From positions 1 through 54,984 of the forward strand of contig JAHBMJ010000182.1 of assembly GCA_018398765.1 (NCBI GenBank): 54,984 nucleotides of DNA. The letters are read 5' to 3'. This document shows, in pieces, positions 12,801 to 26,803 of this stretch. Position 1 is the first letter of the stretch. Every line of letters begins with the position of its first letter. Position numbers and translations under genes: made by a program. Source of the stretch: Chromera velia (lineage: Eukaryota). The notes beneath the pieces are model-generated. The model was given only the letters and a program-made list of their open reading frames with translations, was not told the origin of the DNA and did not search any database.

Positions 12801-14374
12801 TCATTCCGGATCCAAACGAAAGTCCCAGCAGAAAGGAATTGAGTGGGACAAAAACAGGGTGAGGGGCTTCCTTTCAGATTGCAAACTCAACGCGACGGTG
12901 GGGAAAACGATTAAAGCTATCGACTGACCAGCGAGTGACTGGTCAGTAATCCCCCGGGTAGAGGAAGAGACGGATTAGGTGCTTTCTCCCTCTCCTCTGG
13001 AGTCGCTGACAAAGACAGAGACGCCGAAACCGAAACAGATGCAGCACTTGCTGATGTCGCCTGAGATACCGTGGCAGTGGGCACCCTGCCTCCCCCTCCT
13101 CCCTGAGGAAGAAGTTGAAAGTGGCGGTTCGAGTCCTCCCCACCGGCATCACCACTAATGTGAAGTCCCTTCACAGGCTCTACCCATGAAGAGGGAACCT
13201 CAGACTCCATCCCCTGACCTCTCCCCCCCTTTGAGTGCATTGCCGAGTCCCCTCCTGATGGTGCATGGTGACTGCTGCTGCTACTACTGCTTTCTGACGG
13301 TTGATCGAAAAAGGCACTCACCTCTCCATCTAGACTGGAGGGGGGAGGCATGGGACGGGGAGGGGGGGGGCGTGGCCCATCTCCGTCCCCGCCCAGGTGA
13401 TCCTGCAAAGGAAAAACAAAATGAAAAGAGACGAATACAGAAAAGGCGGTCAGGAAACCAAGTAAGCCGGTTCGGGAGCGACTTGTATGCATATGGCTAA
13501 CTACATCTTCCTGTGAGATTGAAAGCTTTTCTCTGTGTGTCTGTGTCTCTCTCTCTCTCTGTGTCTGTGTGTGCGTGTGTGTCTCTCTCTGTGTGTGTGT
13601 GTGTGCGTGCGGCAGAAAGAAATTGAGCGTCAGCCAGACGAAGAGCAGTGGGGTGAGTGACGTCTTTTTCCTTTCTTCCACATTCCCTTTCTTCGTCCTC
13701 CAGCCAGGCGTGACCCACCACCGCTCTTAACTTCTCTGCAGCAACTTACCAGAGACTCTTCTCCATCTGCTCGTTTCAACCCGTGCACAGGGCGAACGTC
13801 GATCTCTCTGGACGCCTCCACTGCCCCCCCACGGGGGCGGGGAACACTCGATCCTCCCGTTGCCCAACCCCCAGCTTTGGGGGGCCTCCCAATGCGCTTC
13901 TGTTGGGGCTGCATGCGGGGCGCCTGCCACTGCGAATTCATGCCCTCACCCCCCCCGGGTCTCGGAGCAGAGAGCGAAAGGGAGGGGACACCTCGCCGCC
14001 CCCCAGAGACCTGTGTGATCGGATTCGACGATGCCTGAGACCTGGTACCCTTCAAACGCTGCTGGAACTTTCTTGACAGCGTCACGGGAGGGAAAGAAAG
14101 ACCCCCCCCCTGCACCACGCTCACTTCCCCTGTGCCGTCTCCATGCCCCGCAGCTTCCACAGACCGCAATGGGATGTCATCCGGGGAACCCTCCCTTCCT
14201 TGAGCAACCTCTACCCCTCCACCTCCCGCACCGAGACCTTCACCGAGCAGCTGTACTTCTCTTAGGCTTTCTTGGGCCGTAGCAGGATAGGAGACGGCAA
14301 CCTCTCCTCCCTTTGTTCCCGCCTCTTGAGTGCCGTCACCGTCCCCCACTCCTTCAGAGGCCTTCGCTGGTCCT
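3878..14374 (-). CDS. Large PZP-domain (PHD + Zn knuckle + extended PHD; BRPF/JADE/AF10-like) chromatin protein with AT-hook motifs, ~2800 aa or more; start uncertain
   Basis: Phase-consistent GT-AG exons: 14374-13750, 13402-12929, 12617-8838, 8501-6652, 6021-5439, 5092-3878. Motifs: PHD CAVC...CYRCRIFTHKQCYG...YYCAPC; knuckle CSCCLQPGGALK...WVHPFCA; ePHD CGGC...VACASPGCAAVFHPFCA...FCEKH; AT-hooks KRGPGRPRK and RIGRPPK; an RG repeat. The 5' exon and start codon are not established. Confidence 0.8.
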
Positions 14375-15667
14375 CTGAATGCAAAAAAAGAATTAAACAT
14401 AAAATACCGTGCCTGAGGAACCCACTGGACTGCTTATTCCGATGATTCACCTCCTCAGGTAATTTGTTCGTGGAGACGCTCGAGGCACTCACCTGCAGCC
14501 GAGGGTAGAGAAGGAAATGATACCAAGAAAGAGGTCACACACAGGACTTGGCGGCCGGCAGGGCTTATCAGGTGAGCAAAAGCACAGAAAAGGAAGCGAG
14601 AAGCAAGGTAGAAGGCTAAGAGGCCCATCCAAAGCCACCAGAACCTGTCTACCTCTCCTGCGGTGCGGTTTCAGGCGAAAAATGCACACGAGACTGGCAC
14701 TTGAGGAGCCCTGATCCGAACAAATGAGCCGGAGACGGTCGGAAAGCGGCTCCAGAGAGTCGTACAAAGATTTTGAGGAATGCAGAAGAGTCAAAGGGGT
14801 GACCTGAAACTGAAAAAAGCAAGATCGCCCGTGAAAAAAATCCGAGAAAAAATCATTCTAAACCGACCTCAAACCGTTGTTGTCATCTTCGTATCAGCGA
14901 GACTGCGAGAGATCACCGACTTGTCAAGTCCTTCCTGGCCAGTTATGGCCGACCAAAAAACCCTCCCATTCTGCATCTCGACTGTATGAGAAACGAAAAG
15001 CCTTCTCCCGCACCCCAGAGTGCCAATCGGCATCACATAACGGTAGAGACTGCGAAGGGAAGGGACCCTCAAACCACCTCTCTTTTGAGACGTGCGCTTG
15101 ACCTGCCGTCCACACTTTCCCGTGCAGCTGAATTAAGTCAGAGTGCGCGCGTCAGCAGCCATCTGACGCACGCAAGCGGTGCGTTCGAATTTTTGTGCCG
15201 ACCGTTCCCCGCGCCATGCATCCGTGGAACTCACTCGCAAGTTGACGCGCGCTTCTGTGCGGCCCGCCCGGCCTGAAATGGCCGCGGGTCCGACCTCGCG
15301 AATTTCGTGGTCGGAGAATGTTGGAGACGCCGGCAACAAAATCACTATTTTTGAAGGAGCAAAGGGAGTTTATTGTCGACTGCCATTCTTTCCCCTTTCC
15401 CATCGGCTTCACTTGGCAAAGAACTCTCCGGCTTTCCCCACGTACGACCAGGACTGGGACACCGTCTTGATGCCTGTTCTGCGTTCAGTGTAAACGGAAG
15501 GCGACCATCCAGCCAGTCCCTTTCCTTCCGTCCTTCAGTACTTTTCCTCCTTTCCTCCACGACACTACAGGCACGTGTCGCCCCTCCACTGGACGTACTT
15601 ATCCCCATTCAGCACCGCGACCTGTCATTTTGCATAGTCTTGTGAAAAAAGGAGGCAGAAAGCAAAG

Positions 15668-18363
15668 ATGGCAAAGCTTCAAGAAGAGAACCTTATTTTC
15701 GAAACCTCGGAGGAGGTCGAGGTCGTCCAGGATTTCAGCAAAATGCGTCTCGACGACGACTTGCTCCGGGGAGTTTTCGGGTATGGTTTTGAGCGGCCTT
15801 CTGCCGTTCAAGCCCGAGGCATTATTCCGATTCTGAAGGGCAGAGATGTGATTATCCAGTCGCAGTCTGGTACTGGAAAGACCTGTGTGTTTTGCCTTGG
15901 CGCACTGGCAAGTGTGAACAGGAAAGAGAGAAACTGCCAAGTTCTCATTCTCAGTCCCACACGAGAGCTTGCAGAACAGAGTCAGAAGGTCTGCATGGCC
16001 CTGGGAGAGTATCTAAATGTGCAGGTATACTGCTGCATTGGCGGTCGGTCTGTTGGAGACGACATCCGGGCCCTGGAGGCAGGCGTGCACATTGTCTCGG
16101 GTACCCCGGGCCGTGTGTTCCATATGATCAACGACCGCCATCTGTCGACCCGTCACATGAAGATGCTGATCTTTGACGAGGCCGATGAGATGCTCGCAAA
16201 GGGATTCAAGGAGCAGGTCTACGACATCTACAGATACCTTCCACCGAGCACTCAGGTGGTCCTTGTGTCTGCCACGCTGCCGCATGAGGTGTTGGAGATG
16301 ACACAGAAGTTCATGAACAATCCTTTCCGAGTACTTGTGAAGAGAGATGAGCTGACCCTTGAGGGCATCAAGCAGTTCTTCGTGGCCGTCGAGAGGGAAC
16401 AGTGGAAGTTCGACACCCTCACAGACCTGTACGACACCCTCACGATCACCCAGGCAGTGATCTTCTGCAACACGAAGGCCAAGGTCGACTGGTTGGCACA
16501 GAAAATGAGGGACAACAACTTCACTGTCAGTCAGTCGACGCATGAGATGCAGAAAGTGCGTGGATTTCTTTGCGTCTGTTTCGGCAAACGGAGTCATTCG
16601 AAAGTATTATTTTTAGTCTTGAACTTGTTACCTGAAGAAGACTTTCGCTCCACAAAATACTCTTTTGGCCATTCTTCAGATAAAAAAGGGTGAAGACACA
16701 CACATGATCTGTTATTTTCTTTTGTGCCCCTGTGTAACAATTGTGGTTACCGAGAAAGAGTGAGAGACAGAGAGAGGGGGGGGGGGGTGTCGAGTTGATG
16801 GTGAACTGCCGTATATAGCTCTCGGCAAGTTTTTGTTTTTTCATGCTGGTCTGTTGAAACCACGTGGTCATCGCTTTGGTTTTGGTCCACTCTCTTCCAT
16901 TTCTCTGCAGGTTGCATGCATGCACGGCGACATGCCCCAGAAGGAGCGAGACGAAATTATGGCCAGGTTCCGACAGGGAGAGTCCAGGTTTGTTTATGTG
17001 GTTTGTGGACTCAGTGGTGGTCGATCGGGTGGTTGTTCTGTAGGCTTTCAGTCTTCTTTACTTCCTTGCTGCTTGTTTGTTGGCCTCTCCCTCCTTCTTT
17101 GTTTTATCGATTGCAGGCGCGTGTGTAGAGAACGTATGATCGATTTTTCTTTCCTCAACTTACACCGCACTCAGACGAATTCCCTTCCCTCAGCAGTAGG
17201 ATCGCTCTCTGTCCTCTCAGGAGGCCGGCAGGTTCTCTGCTGAGAAGCAACGGATAAAAAGTGGAAGCAGTCGTCTGCAGGTCTTTCTTGAGCATTTTTC
17301 CGTACTTGTCCCTCTTTCTCGTTCCTGTTCAGTCCCTTGTCCCCGCTCTGTCCCTCCCGTCGTACGTTTCCTTGACTGAGCTCACCTTTCTGAATTCAAG
17401 CAATCGTCAGAGCTAATTAGGTCAATGTTTGCCGGGGGGTTCGAGAAAAGCGATTGGGTGCCTTTGGGTTGACTCATGGATGCACTTGTTCGTGTTTGCT
17501 TGCTTACTTGCTCTGTCGGTTGCAGGGTGATGATTGCCACCGACGTGTGGGGAAGAGGAATCGACGTGCAACAGGTTGGGCTCTGTCCGCTTCCGTGTGT
17601 GTGTGTGAGAGAGAGAGAGAGAGTGCGTGAGAGAGAGAGAGAAAGAGAAGTGCCGTCCCGGATGTTTGCCACCTTCCTGCAATTCGCTTCCTCCCATTTG
17701 ATGATGGAATTTTTGATGGTCAAGAAGGCCCTCGTGCTTCTCGTTTTTTCCGTGCATGGCACACAATGCGGTCTGTCTGCGTTTTCAACCATTCCTCCCT
17801 CTGTCCGACCCCCTGTTCATTCTTGAGCTTTCCTCTATCTGCCTCTTCAGGTGTCTCTGGTGATCAACTATGATCTTCCCAACAACCGTGAGCTGTACCT
17901 CCACCGCATTGGTCGATCTGGCCGTTTCGGAAGGAAGGGTGTGGCCATCAACTTTGTCAAGGTGGGCCGGCCTGTCTGTCTGTCTGTCTGTCGGGTTTTC
18001 CCTCTGTGTGCTTCAATCGTTTTGTGCGTTTTCTTCTCGCTCTGATTTTTGCTCTGTTCCGTCTTTTTTGAGAAGCAAGTGGGAGAAGAAGTACCTTGCG
18101 TCTTTCTATCAAGTGCTTGTCCCGGTTTTCCCGTCCTGCCTGCCTGCCTGCCTGCCTAAATGCGTGTGTGTCCAGCTGTCTTCTTTACTTTTCTCTGGTT
18201 GGTTGGTTGGTTGGGTGGGTGGTTGGTTGGTTGGTTGGTTGGTTGGTAGCTCCCCTCTCGTCCCCTTTTGCAGAACGATGACATTCGACTGCTGCGCGAT
18301 ATCGAGCAGTACTACTCGACGCAGATCGATGAGATGCCCATGAACGTGGCGGATCTCATCTGA
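15668..18363 (+). CDS. EIF4A3: DEAD-box RNA helicase eIF4A-III (exon junction complex core), 5 exons, ~394 aa
   Basis: Exons 15668-16525, 16911-16987, 17526-17574, 17851-17961, 18274-18363 splice in frame. Motifs: [52 protein letters not shown], and C-terminus [19 protein letters not shown] ([10 protein letters not shown]) and DVW-type motifs favour eIF4A-III over eIF4A-I. Confidence 0.95.
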
Positions 18364-20062
18364 GAGAAAGAGAGAGGAGAGGGGAAATTAAGGGGGGGTT
18401 GCAGACGAGTCGCTTCTCATTCAGGCACGGAGACGTTCTTTGTCTTCTTCTGCCCTCTGCGTGTGTTTGTGGTTTTGTCTGTGTGGGCTGGTGTGAGTTC
18501 TCTCTGATCCATGAGAGGGCAATCAGCCTGGTCTTGAGGCGAACGCTCATAGCGTGGGCAATGAGAGCCGACAGGCACGAAAGGGTGATGAGTGAGGTGT
18601 AGAGGATCTTTTTCTATGCCATCCAAGCAGACCTCTCTCTTTCCCTTCTTTAATCCCCTCTGTCTCACGATCTGTATGGTGCGAGTCGAAAGGAAAGAGA
18701 CGTATTGGCGGGACGCGGCGGGGGTTGCAGAGTGGGCCGGGGGCGGGCTTCCCGGCAAGGGTGGGAATTATGTCTGTTTGGGGGGGAGGGGGGGGGCAGC
18801 TGTCCGCATGCACCAAAAGGGCCGTCGTGAGTCCTCTTGCTGGTAATAATGGGGGACTGGAGGGATCGCGTTTGTTGTACTGAGGCAACTTTTAGATTGG
18901 GGCAGCCGATCTCACTGTCACCTCAGGGGCCGGGGAAGCTAATCTTTAAAGTGGTATGAAACCAAGGAGGAGTAAATTAAAAGGTTGAAGCATGGCGTCA
19001 AAAAGGGGTCCGATGAACAACGATGATGTGACCAAGGATGTGATAGGATGTGATAGTGATGTTGACACCTAGGCAAGGACATTTTATCATCATCATTATT
19101 ATTATTATTGATCGGCCTTAGCGACGGTCTATAGGCCATCATGCAATGCATGAGTCTAGGATAATGCTGTATTGCCCCTTTGCCAGACCTGCATCACTCA
19201 TCAGGGTGGGGCTGCCATCTGCTAGCTGAAACCTGGCGCCTGCATGAATGACGTTTCATCGATCTAAGTGCCGTCCCTCACTGTAGAAGGCTGCGTCAGT
19301 CGCATCATATCATGATTTATATGCAATGATTGCGATCCACTCATAATCAGAACGTTTAGAGACGTCTAACGTTTGGCTGCTTTGCATAGTAAGTTTTAGG
19401 GTAAGTCCAATCGAGTCCACTTGAAAGTCAATAGAATCAAGACAAGCTCTGATAATTTCAGTAATAAAATATTATAAAAAATAGTTATTCGTTTTTTTGA
19501 CTAAAAACTTAAACACAAAACTCTTATAAAATTTATTAATTTTTGATTCATTTAAAAAAAAAGTAGAATAATAGGCGTAGATTAGCGTAGATATAAGCGC
19601 AAGAAATCGAGTGGATCGAAGCAATTTCAATCTAAGAATAGGATAAGATATGCGATATGTATTCTTGGAATGCTTCTACCGCTTAAACCAGACTTTAATT
19701 TTAATTTTAAGTTAAAGAATAAACAGTATCAAACAATAAATTTGAATTTGTATGCATGAGTATATTTCTCTTAAAGACTTCAGACTGCCGCTTTCTTGGG
19801 CCCGGAATCTTGGCTAGTTTTTTTGCCGGCCGGCTTTTTCTTTCTTTTTCTCATTGACCATCAATACAAAAAATCTCTTCATCCGACTGTCCTTGACATC
19901 TCTTAGTATCTGTGTGTGAAGATTTAGGTGGCACACAATGCTAATTCAGGATTGAAAGCAGAGAGCGATGCACGCAATCTGTGGAGACTGAACGGCAGAG
20001 AGCCTTCAAGATTGCGAAAAGGAAACTTCAAGCGTCGAAGATATTTCTGAGTTCGCGCCGTC

Positions 20063-21036
20063 TCATTTGGCAGCTCCTGCCGTTTTCTTCGCCTGTTCCC
20101 TTGCCTCCTTCCTCTCCTCTGCCGTCTTCTTTGCTTCCGAGAAGGCATCCATCAATTCTCCACGGCGCCCCAAGTGCCTGCTTGCTCACACACGGAACAG
20201 TGCATGCATGGACAGGGCAGAGTGCGCAACAAGGAAAGGGGGGTCGGGAAAGGAAATGTGCGAGGCTGTGAGAAACATCAGACTGTCAAGGCACTGACTG
20301 AACAAAAATCAATCCCAGAGGGAATCGATCAAAAAAGAAAAAAAGAGAAAGGGTATGTCCACCGTGGAGCAAGCCATGCATGCAGGGAAGCCACATCCTT
20401 TGCAAAGCTACCTGTGTGTACACTTGTGCGTGTACATGGCATCGTTGCCCCTTCTGGAAACATGAAGAAGCCTTTCACTCCATCACAACAGGAACCCGCC
20501 ATGCAGGAGTTCTTTACTGCCTCCTCATTGCCTTCTGGCTGGTTCTTCTCTGAATGCAGCGCAGAAAAGAAAAGCAAGGCACAAAAGAACTGAGTGCGAG
20601 AATTCACCTTGTCTGCATTCTTTCTTATACGATTCTCCCCCCTCCACAGCTCTGCAGATGCCATCCAGCCCGCCAGCTAGACAAAGAAAGCACTTACAAC
20701 AGAAAGAGCAAAGCCGCCGATGCATGAGGACTGACTGACTGACTTCAGAGCGCACAGGACGAAGGGCACGAAGTCAAAGCGCCTCCTCGCGTTGTCCTTC
20801 TTCCAACTCTCTCTCTTGTGCTCTTCCTCCGCCAGGGCTGACGAAACCTCACCAAGTCTCTTGCGTGTTTGTTCCTCGAGCTGCACCCCGGATGAGAACA
20901 GAACAACAAGACAAAGATTCAGAGGGAGTGCGGGATGTGGACGTCCAGACAAAGCCCCCCTCTTCACCCCCAACACAATTGCTGGCTGGCTGGCTCATTC
21001 ACGCACCCACTCACTGACTCTCCCTCCCTCTCTTTG

Positions 21037-21067
<31 letters not shown>

Positions 21068-22581
21068 GGGAGAGAGAGAGAGGGGGGGCGGAAAGAAAGA
21101 GAAGCAAAGAGACAACAGAAAATGCGGTTGTGCTCTCCTTCGTTCCCCCACGACAGACAGCCGACAGCGGAAAAGATGCGCAATCACATCAACAATAAGA
21201 CTTTCGAGAGGAACGGTTGTTCAACCAATACAGCTTTCCATCCTTCTCCAGCGAGGGCAGTTCACAGACACACCGGCAGACAGACAGACAGAGCAACTGA
21301 CCGCAATCAGCTTCGGCACCTCGTCAGGCAGAGCTTCCCACGAGGGGACGCTGTCGGGGGCCTCGTCGTCATCCATCTGCATGTATTAATGTATTCATGT
21401 ATGTGTGCATGTGTGCGTGCATGCATGCAGACAGGCAGACAGGGAGACGTGCCAGCACAGTTATCAAGCGATCCTCAACTCACACTTCCTCACGCACTCG
21501 CTTATGCCCTCACGAGCCCAGTCACTCAACAGATGGTGGTGGACTCGTGGGCAAAACCGAGCTGTACTGAAAGTCGAAGGCACCAGACGAGTGAGCGACA
21601 AGACAGACGGAAAGAAAGGCGGGCATGCAGACAGACCAGCCGTAATGTTCCTCCTTCTCTCCCTTTTCTCTTACAGGCAGACAGACTCAAAGACAGGTGA
21701 AGAAAAAGATTGTCGGGTAGATAAGCAGAGGGGCTGGTGAGCAGGATCGCGGTTTCCCTCTCTCTGCTTGTCTCCTTCCTCCCGTTCCTTTCCCATCACC
21801 GCGAGACCACGTTCGTTCTTAGCCCAGAATTCTTGTCTCTTTTGCCCTCTCCCCCCCCCCGCCCTCTTCCTCACTCCCCACTCAATCTGATCAGAGAGAA
21901 CTCTCTCAGTGAGGGTCCCTACCGTGCTTCAGTCAGTCACGCGACCGTGTGTGCAGCCACGCCTCTCTCTCGCAATCAATCAATCAATCAGTCAATCAAT
22001 CAATGGGCATGAAGGACCGACCTTCATTCAGCCACCTTCATTCTAGCTCCCGCCTAACCCCCCCTGTGCTGATAGGAGAGCACTGACCTCCTCTTCGTGC
22101 TCCAAGCTCCTGTCCTCTCCGAGGGAAATCAACTTGACCAGGGTGCGCTGGAGAAGGTACCTGCACCAGGCAGATAACAGGCGTGCGTCAAGAAAGGGTG
22201 CAGTGGAAACGATCTGGATCGTATTCTTTCAGTCAGTGAGTCTGTCAGTCAGCATTTTGGAACGTGAGCCTGCTGCGCTGGTCAATCGCAAAGAAAGCAC
22301 TCACAGACAGAAACACTGTGGGGCTGCCTGTTTTCTGTCCATCTACCTGCCTGAGGCGCACACTTCTCACTTCGGGTTTCAGTCACCCCTCGTTCACTCA
22401 CTTCTTCTCTAATTGTTCCGACTTGAGGGGCGCCCTCTTGTCTCTCGTGATGGCCAGGAGAGTGAACCTCAGCTCCCCCGAGCCGGCGCCTTCACCTGCA
22501 GCCTCTTCGGCGGCCCCGACGCTCTGGTATCTGCATGCGAGCGTTCGAGGTGGGAGAGCCGCTTGAGTGGCTTAGGAAATC

Positions 22582-22620
<39 letters not shown>

Positions 22621-23219
22621 GCGCGCGCGCAAACAGACCGACTGCGGGACAACACGCACACGCACATCTACACACACAGTGAGGACAGATGGTGCACTCT
22701 GCTGCGCGATCTCTCTCTTTCTCTCACTTGAAAAGGATGGCTATGAAAGCCCTGTGGATGCATGGATGGATTGATCAAAGCTTCCCCATCTTCCGCAGGC
22801 TCCACTGCAACACATGCGAAGGAAGTTTTTTCTCATCCCACAGTCAAGCCATCAGACTAAGACGGGACAAAGAGGGGCAGGAGAATGGAAGAAGAAACTT
22901 CGTTTGGTAGGCAGAATCACCTGCCTGCCTGCCTGCGTACCGGTCGATGCGCCTCCGAATTTCTGGTGCCAGGGCCTGTAACCAAAGAGCATCGCTCCCA
23001 GGAACACCGAGGGCCCATTCCTGTGGGACCTCTGCGACCTCAATGGGGCCCTGGCAATTAGTCGAAGCATAAGCAGGCAAAAATTAAGGGTACACAGGCA
23101 GGCAGGCAGGTGCTCAGGAAGCTTTCAGAGTGTTTGCGTCCTTTTTTCCTTCCTCACATTGCGAGGTGCAGAGGGTGAAAACACGCACGGAAGCACATGC
23201 GCGCACGCACATACACACA

Positions 23220-23274
<55 letters not shown>

Positions 23275-23356
23275 GGAGGGGGACAGAGAAACAGACAGAA
23301 ACAAAACCACCAAAATTTCAGGTCGAATCGGAAGAACAAAAACTTTCAGATTCCTC

Positions 23357-23454
<98 letters not shown>

Positions 23455-23691
23455 CGTGTGTGTGTGTGTGTGTGTGTGTGCGTGCGTGTGTGTCGCGCGC
23501 GTCCAAGCGCGTGCAATTTTTGCCCTCCCCGTCTCTCTGACTGCCTGCCTGACTTCTTTGAGACCGTCGAGTTCCCACACCTTTCCCCTGAAGGGAACGT
23601 ATGAGATGAAGTGGAAGGCGTCCTCCTTTTCGTCGTCCTTGTCGTGTTCAATCTGGAACGACGACTGCTTCTGGAAACTGGACACACACAT

Positions 23692-23722
<31 letters not shown>

Positions 23723-24670
23723 ACACGCACACACACACACACATATATATATATACATACACACATACACATACTCACACATACTACACACACATCTCTC
23801 TCACACACACACGCAGGGGTGGGGGAGATGGGCAAAAACGCAGGAAGGAGAGTGGGAACAGAAATGCTCGGGGAATGGGGTGGAGCTAGGGGGACACAAT
23901 GACCAGTGAAGGACGCAGGGAACCAAATCTGAACGAAAGGAAATGAAATCGCAAATGGAAAGGGAAACAGAGAAGGACCACAAATCGAAAAGGAGAGAAG
24001 GTCTTTATTGACACCCATCTTTGTGAAAATGGGTAGAATTTAATGCGGAAAAGAGTCAGTGACATATTGAAGTTTTCTTACTTCAATTTCTTTGCACGCA
24101 CACGCACGCACGCATGCATGCACTCAAGCTAACCTGTTATGAGCCATCCTGACAGTGTCCAAATTTCCGATGGCCAATCCCTTCATTTGAGGATCGAAGG
24201 CGCCGGCCACGGTCATCTCTCTGAATGTCGAAAGCTCAGGACCGATATCGATCTCATCTGTTCGGTTCATCAAAATGCTCAGGATGGCCTGGGTTGCACA
24301 CGCGTTGGTGATCACCTGGCGAGCTACAGGAACCAACAGACAGAAAAAAGAGCAATCAGACGATCACTTCTGAGGGAGCAAACTCCAAGCAAAACAAATC
24401 GAATCCAGATAATTAAATTTAAATCTGACCGAAGAAAAGGTCCTCTGGGGGGAAGACGGCCACCTCTCTGCTGTCGTTCTCTGGACGCCATTTGAACAGA
24501 AACACAAGACCAAAAACCTGGCTCTCTGCAGCCAGCATGGCCAGGCTCTCTTCGTCGATCCCCAGGAGTTCCTGAAACTCCACCTCCTTCACCCCCACGG
24601 CCTCACAGAGTTCTGTGAACACCGCAGGATCTGACTCGATGGTGCACCAGCTTTGAGGGTCGTCCATCAT
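20063..24670 (-). CDS. UCHL5: Ubiquitin C-terminal hydrolase UCH37/UCHL5 (peptidase C12), 9 exons, ~397 aa
   Basis: Exons 24670-24430, 24323-24134, 23677-23554, 23050-22941, 22530-22402, 22160-22088, 21376-21302, 20880-20744, 20177-20063 splice in frame. Motifs: WCTIESDP, catalytic NACATQA (Cys), AFHFISY (His), ELDG (Asp), and the ULD tail [15 protein letters not shown]. Confidence 0.92.
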
Positions 24671-25446
24671 CTGTTTGCTACTAGCTCAGCGAATCAGGGA
24701 CGGGCTGGTCAGAGGATCGCCCAGAAGAAAAGCGAACACGTGCGAGGCGGGTGAGTAATGATTTTTCGTGGCAGTGCAGGTGCCCTAGTGGACGATGCTC
24801 AAAGCAGCTCCCAGTCTTCGCGCTAGAGGTTGACCAGAGAAATAAGGAGAGATGGCAGCAGGCAGGTCATTGAATGGACCTCGGAGATCTCATGTTCTTG
24901 GATCAACTGGACACAAATCCACTCTTTGGGATTGTGGCACTGAGATGCCGTCTCCGCGGGCCGCGGAGTCTTTTGACGCACGCAAGCGACGCCTACGAAA
25001 GATTTGCATGGCGCGGGAGACGGCTTATGACAGCTTGAGTTCTGTCTATCGGTGACCTAGCTGTAAACGTACTCCTTGTGATGTAGGTGACACGTGTTCA
25101 CACGCCATACGAGGGATCATGCTCTCGTGCATACTGCCACAGAGGCACATGTGCTGAAGGAACATTGACGCAGGCAGTGTTTTTAGGGAGTTCTGAAAGA
25201 GTGCTCCCTTCTCTCTTTGAGTTATCGAGCCGTCTCGTCTTCTCGATTGTGTCTCGCAGTCCGGCTTGTAGGAACTCTCTCCACTTGATTTTCCAAGAGA
25301 GACACTCGGCCACCCGTTCATTTTTGGTCTTGTGACTGACTGACGAGGCTACTGGACTGCCGCTCTGTCTCAGTGAGAACCACCGTGACACTCACCTTGA
25401 TACGACACTGCGCGGAGCCACTCTTCAGAGTCCGGCTGAGAGGGAA
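24671..25446. promoter_or_regulatory. Probable bidirectional promoter region between UCHL5 and the aromatic amino-acid fusion gene
   Basis: Divergent start codons 776 bp apart. No specific cis element identified. Confidence 0.4.
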
Positions 25447-26730
25447 ATGTCGGCGTCTCGTTTGAAGGTGGCGTACCAGGGGGAAAGGGGCAGCTACTCC
25501 CACAAGGCGGTGCACGAATTTCTTGGGGCTGGTGTATCGCCTGTGGCTCACGGAACGTTCAGTGCTGTTTTTGAGAGCGTCATCGGAAGTAAGGCCGACT
25601 ATGCATTGGTCAGTGGGAGATTTGCAAGTAGGTCGCAGAAAAGACACTGCCGTTTGGGCGACAAATACCATTCCAACGAGCAGAGGAACGAAAAAGGTGC
25701 GATCGTAGCATTCGTGCACGCAGTCTGAGACATTACAGAGGCATCAAGACCGCTTTTGCACAAGATTGAACAGAGTCTTTTCTTTGTTCTCCTTCTCCTC
25801 TTGCTATCTGTGCCAGCACATTGGCCTCGCTTGCCGTGTAAGGAAAAGCCCCCCACCTTCGTTGTGCCCTTTGACGGTTCACCAAAAGAAACTCTTCGGT
25901 GATGATGGACGACCGTCGAATAAGGCTTTGGGCTGACCGTTTGTTTCCGTTCCCTTCCGTTCCCTCCAGGTCCCCATAGAGAACACACTGGGGGGAAGCA
26001 TCCACGACAACTATGACCTGATGCTCCGGAACGACCTGCATATTGTGGGGGAGTACAACCTGAGGGTGTCGCACTGCCTGCTGGCTCTCCCAGGAGTCTC
26101 AAAGGAGACAGTGAAGGTCGTGCTCTCACAGTCAGTCAGTCAGCCAGTCAAATTTTATTTTAGCCAGGCAGCCGCTCATCATCGAACATTTAAATTGTGG
26201 ATTCGGCTCTTCTTCTCTCTCCCTCTCCCCCTTTGGTCGTTCGTGTGCTCTCTCAGTGCCCCCCTCTTTCTCACATTCTTTGGAGGTACTAAGACCAGGA
26301 TATGCTGAATCGCATCTTTCATGCCCATTAAACATATATCTGCCGAACGTTTCAAATCCCAATACTGCTGAAAGAGACGTTACGTCAATTCACTTAATTA
26401 CACGATCGAGCTGCAGTCCCCAGGCATTGGCCCAATGCACAGACTACCTGAAGGCCCACGGGTATGAGCCCAGAGTCGCATACGACACGGCAGGATCCGC
26501 CAAGCTAATCTCTGAGGCCAGCAAAAGGGAAAGGGCAAAAGGGGGCGGGGCAGAAGGAGCAGGGCAGCAGGGCCCTGGCGGGCCGGGGGGACAGGAGCTG
26601 AAGTGGGATGAGACGGCAGCAATCGCGAGTGATCTCGCAGCGGCAGAATATGGTTTGCAGGTTCTGGAGAGGGGCATTCAGGTCGGTCTGTCGGATCATC
26701 AGGGCCTTCCTTTACAATTGTCTCTAGACC

Positions 26731-26761
<31 letters not shown>

Positions 26762-26769
26762 GCTCTCTG

Positions 26770-26803
<34 letters not shown>

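Noticed and set aside
14375..14492. Possible upstream PZP exon 14492-14413 with a 38-nt GC-AG intron
   Set aside because: Phase-compatible, but the intron is unusually short and no start codon can be linked, so it was left out of the model.
20792..21700. 302-aa plus-strand ORF
   Set aside because: Antisense to UCHL5 exons and introns, low-complexity, no motifs.
23125..24018. Long HT/CV/RE-repeat ORFs on both strands
   Set aside because: Translations of intronic (CA)n/(GA)n microsatellites. Only 23677-23554 is a real UCHL5 exon.
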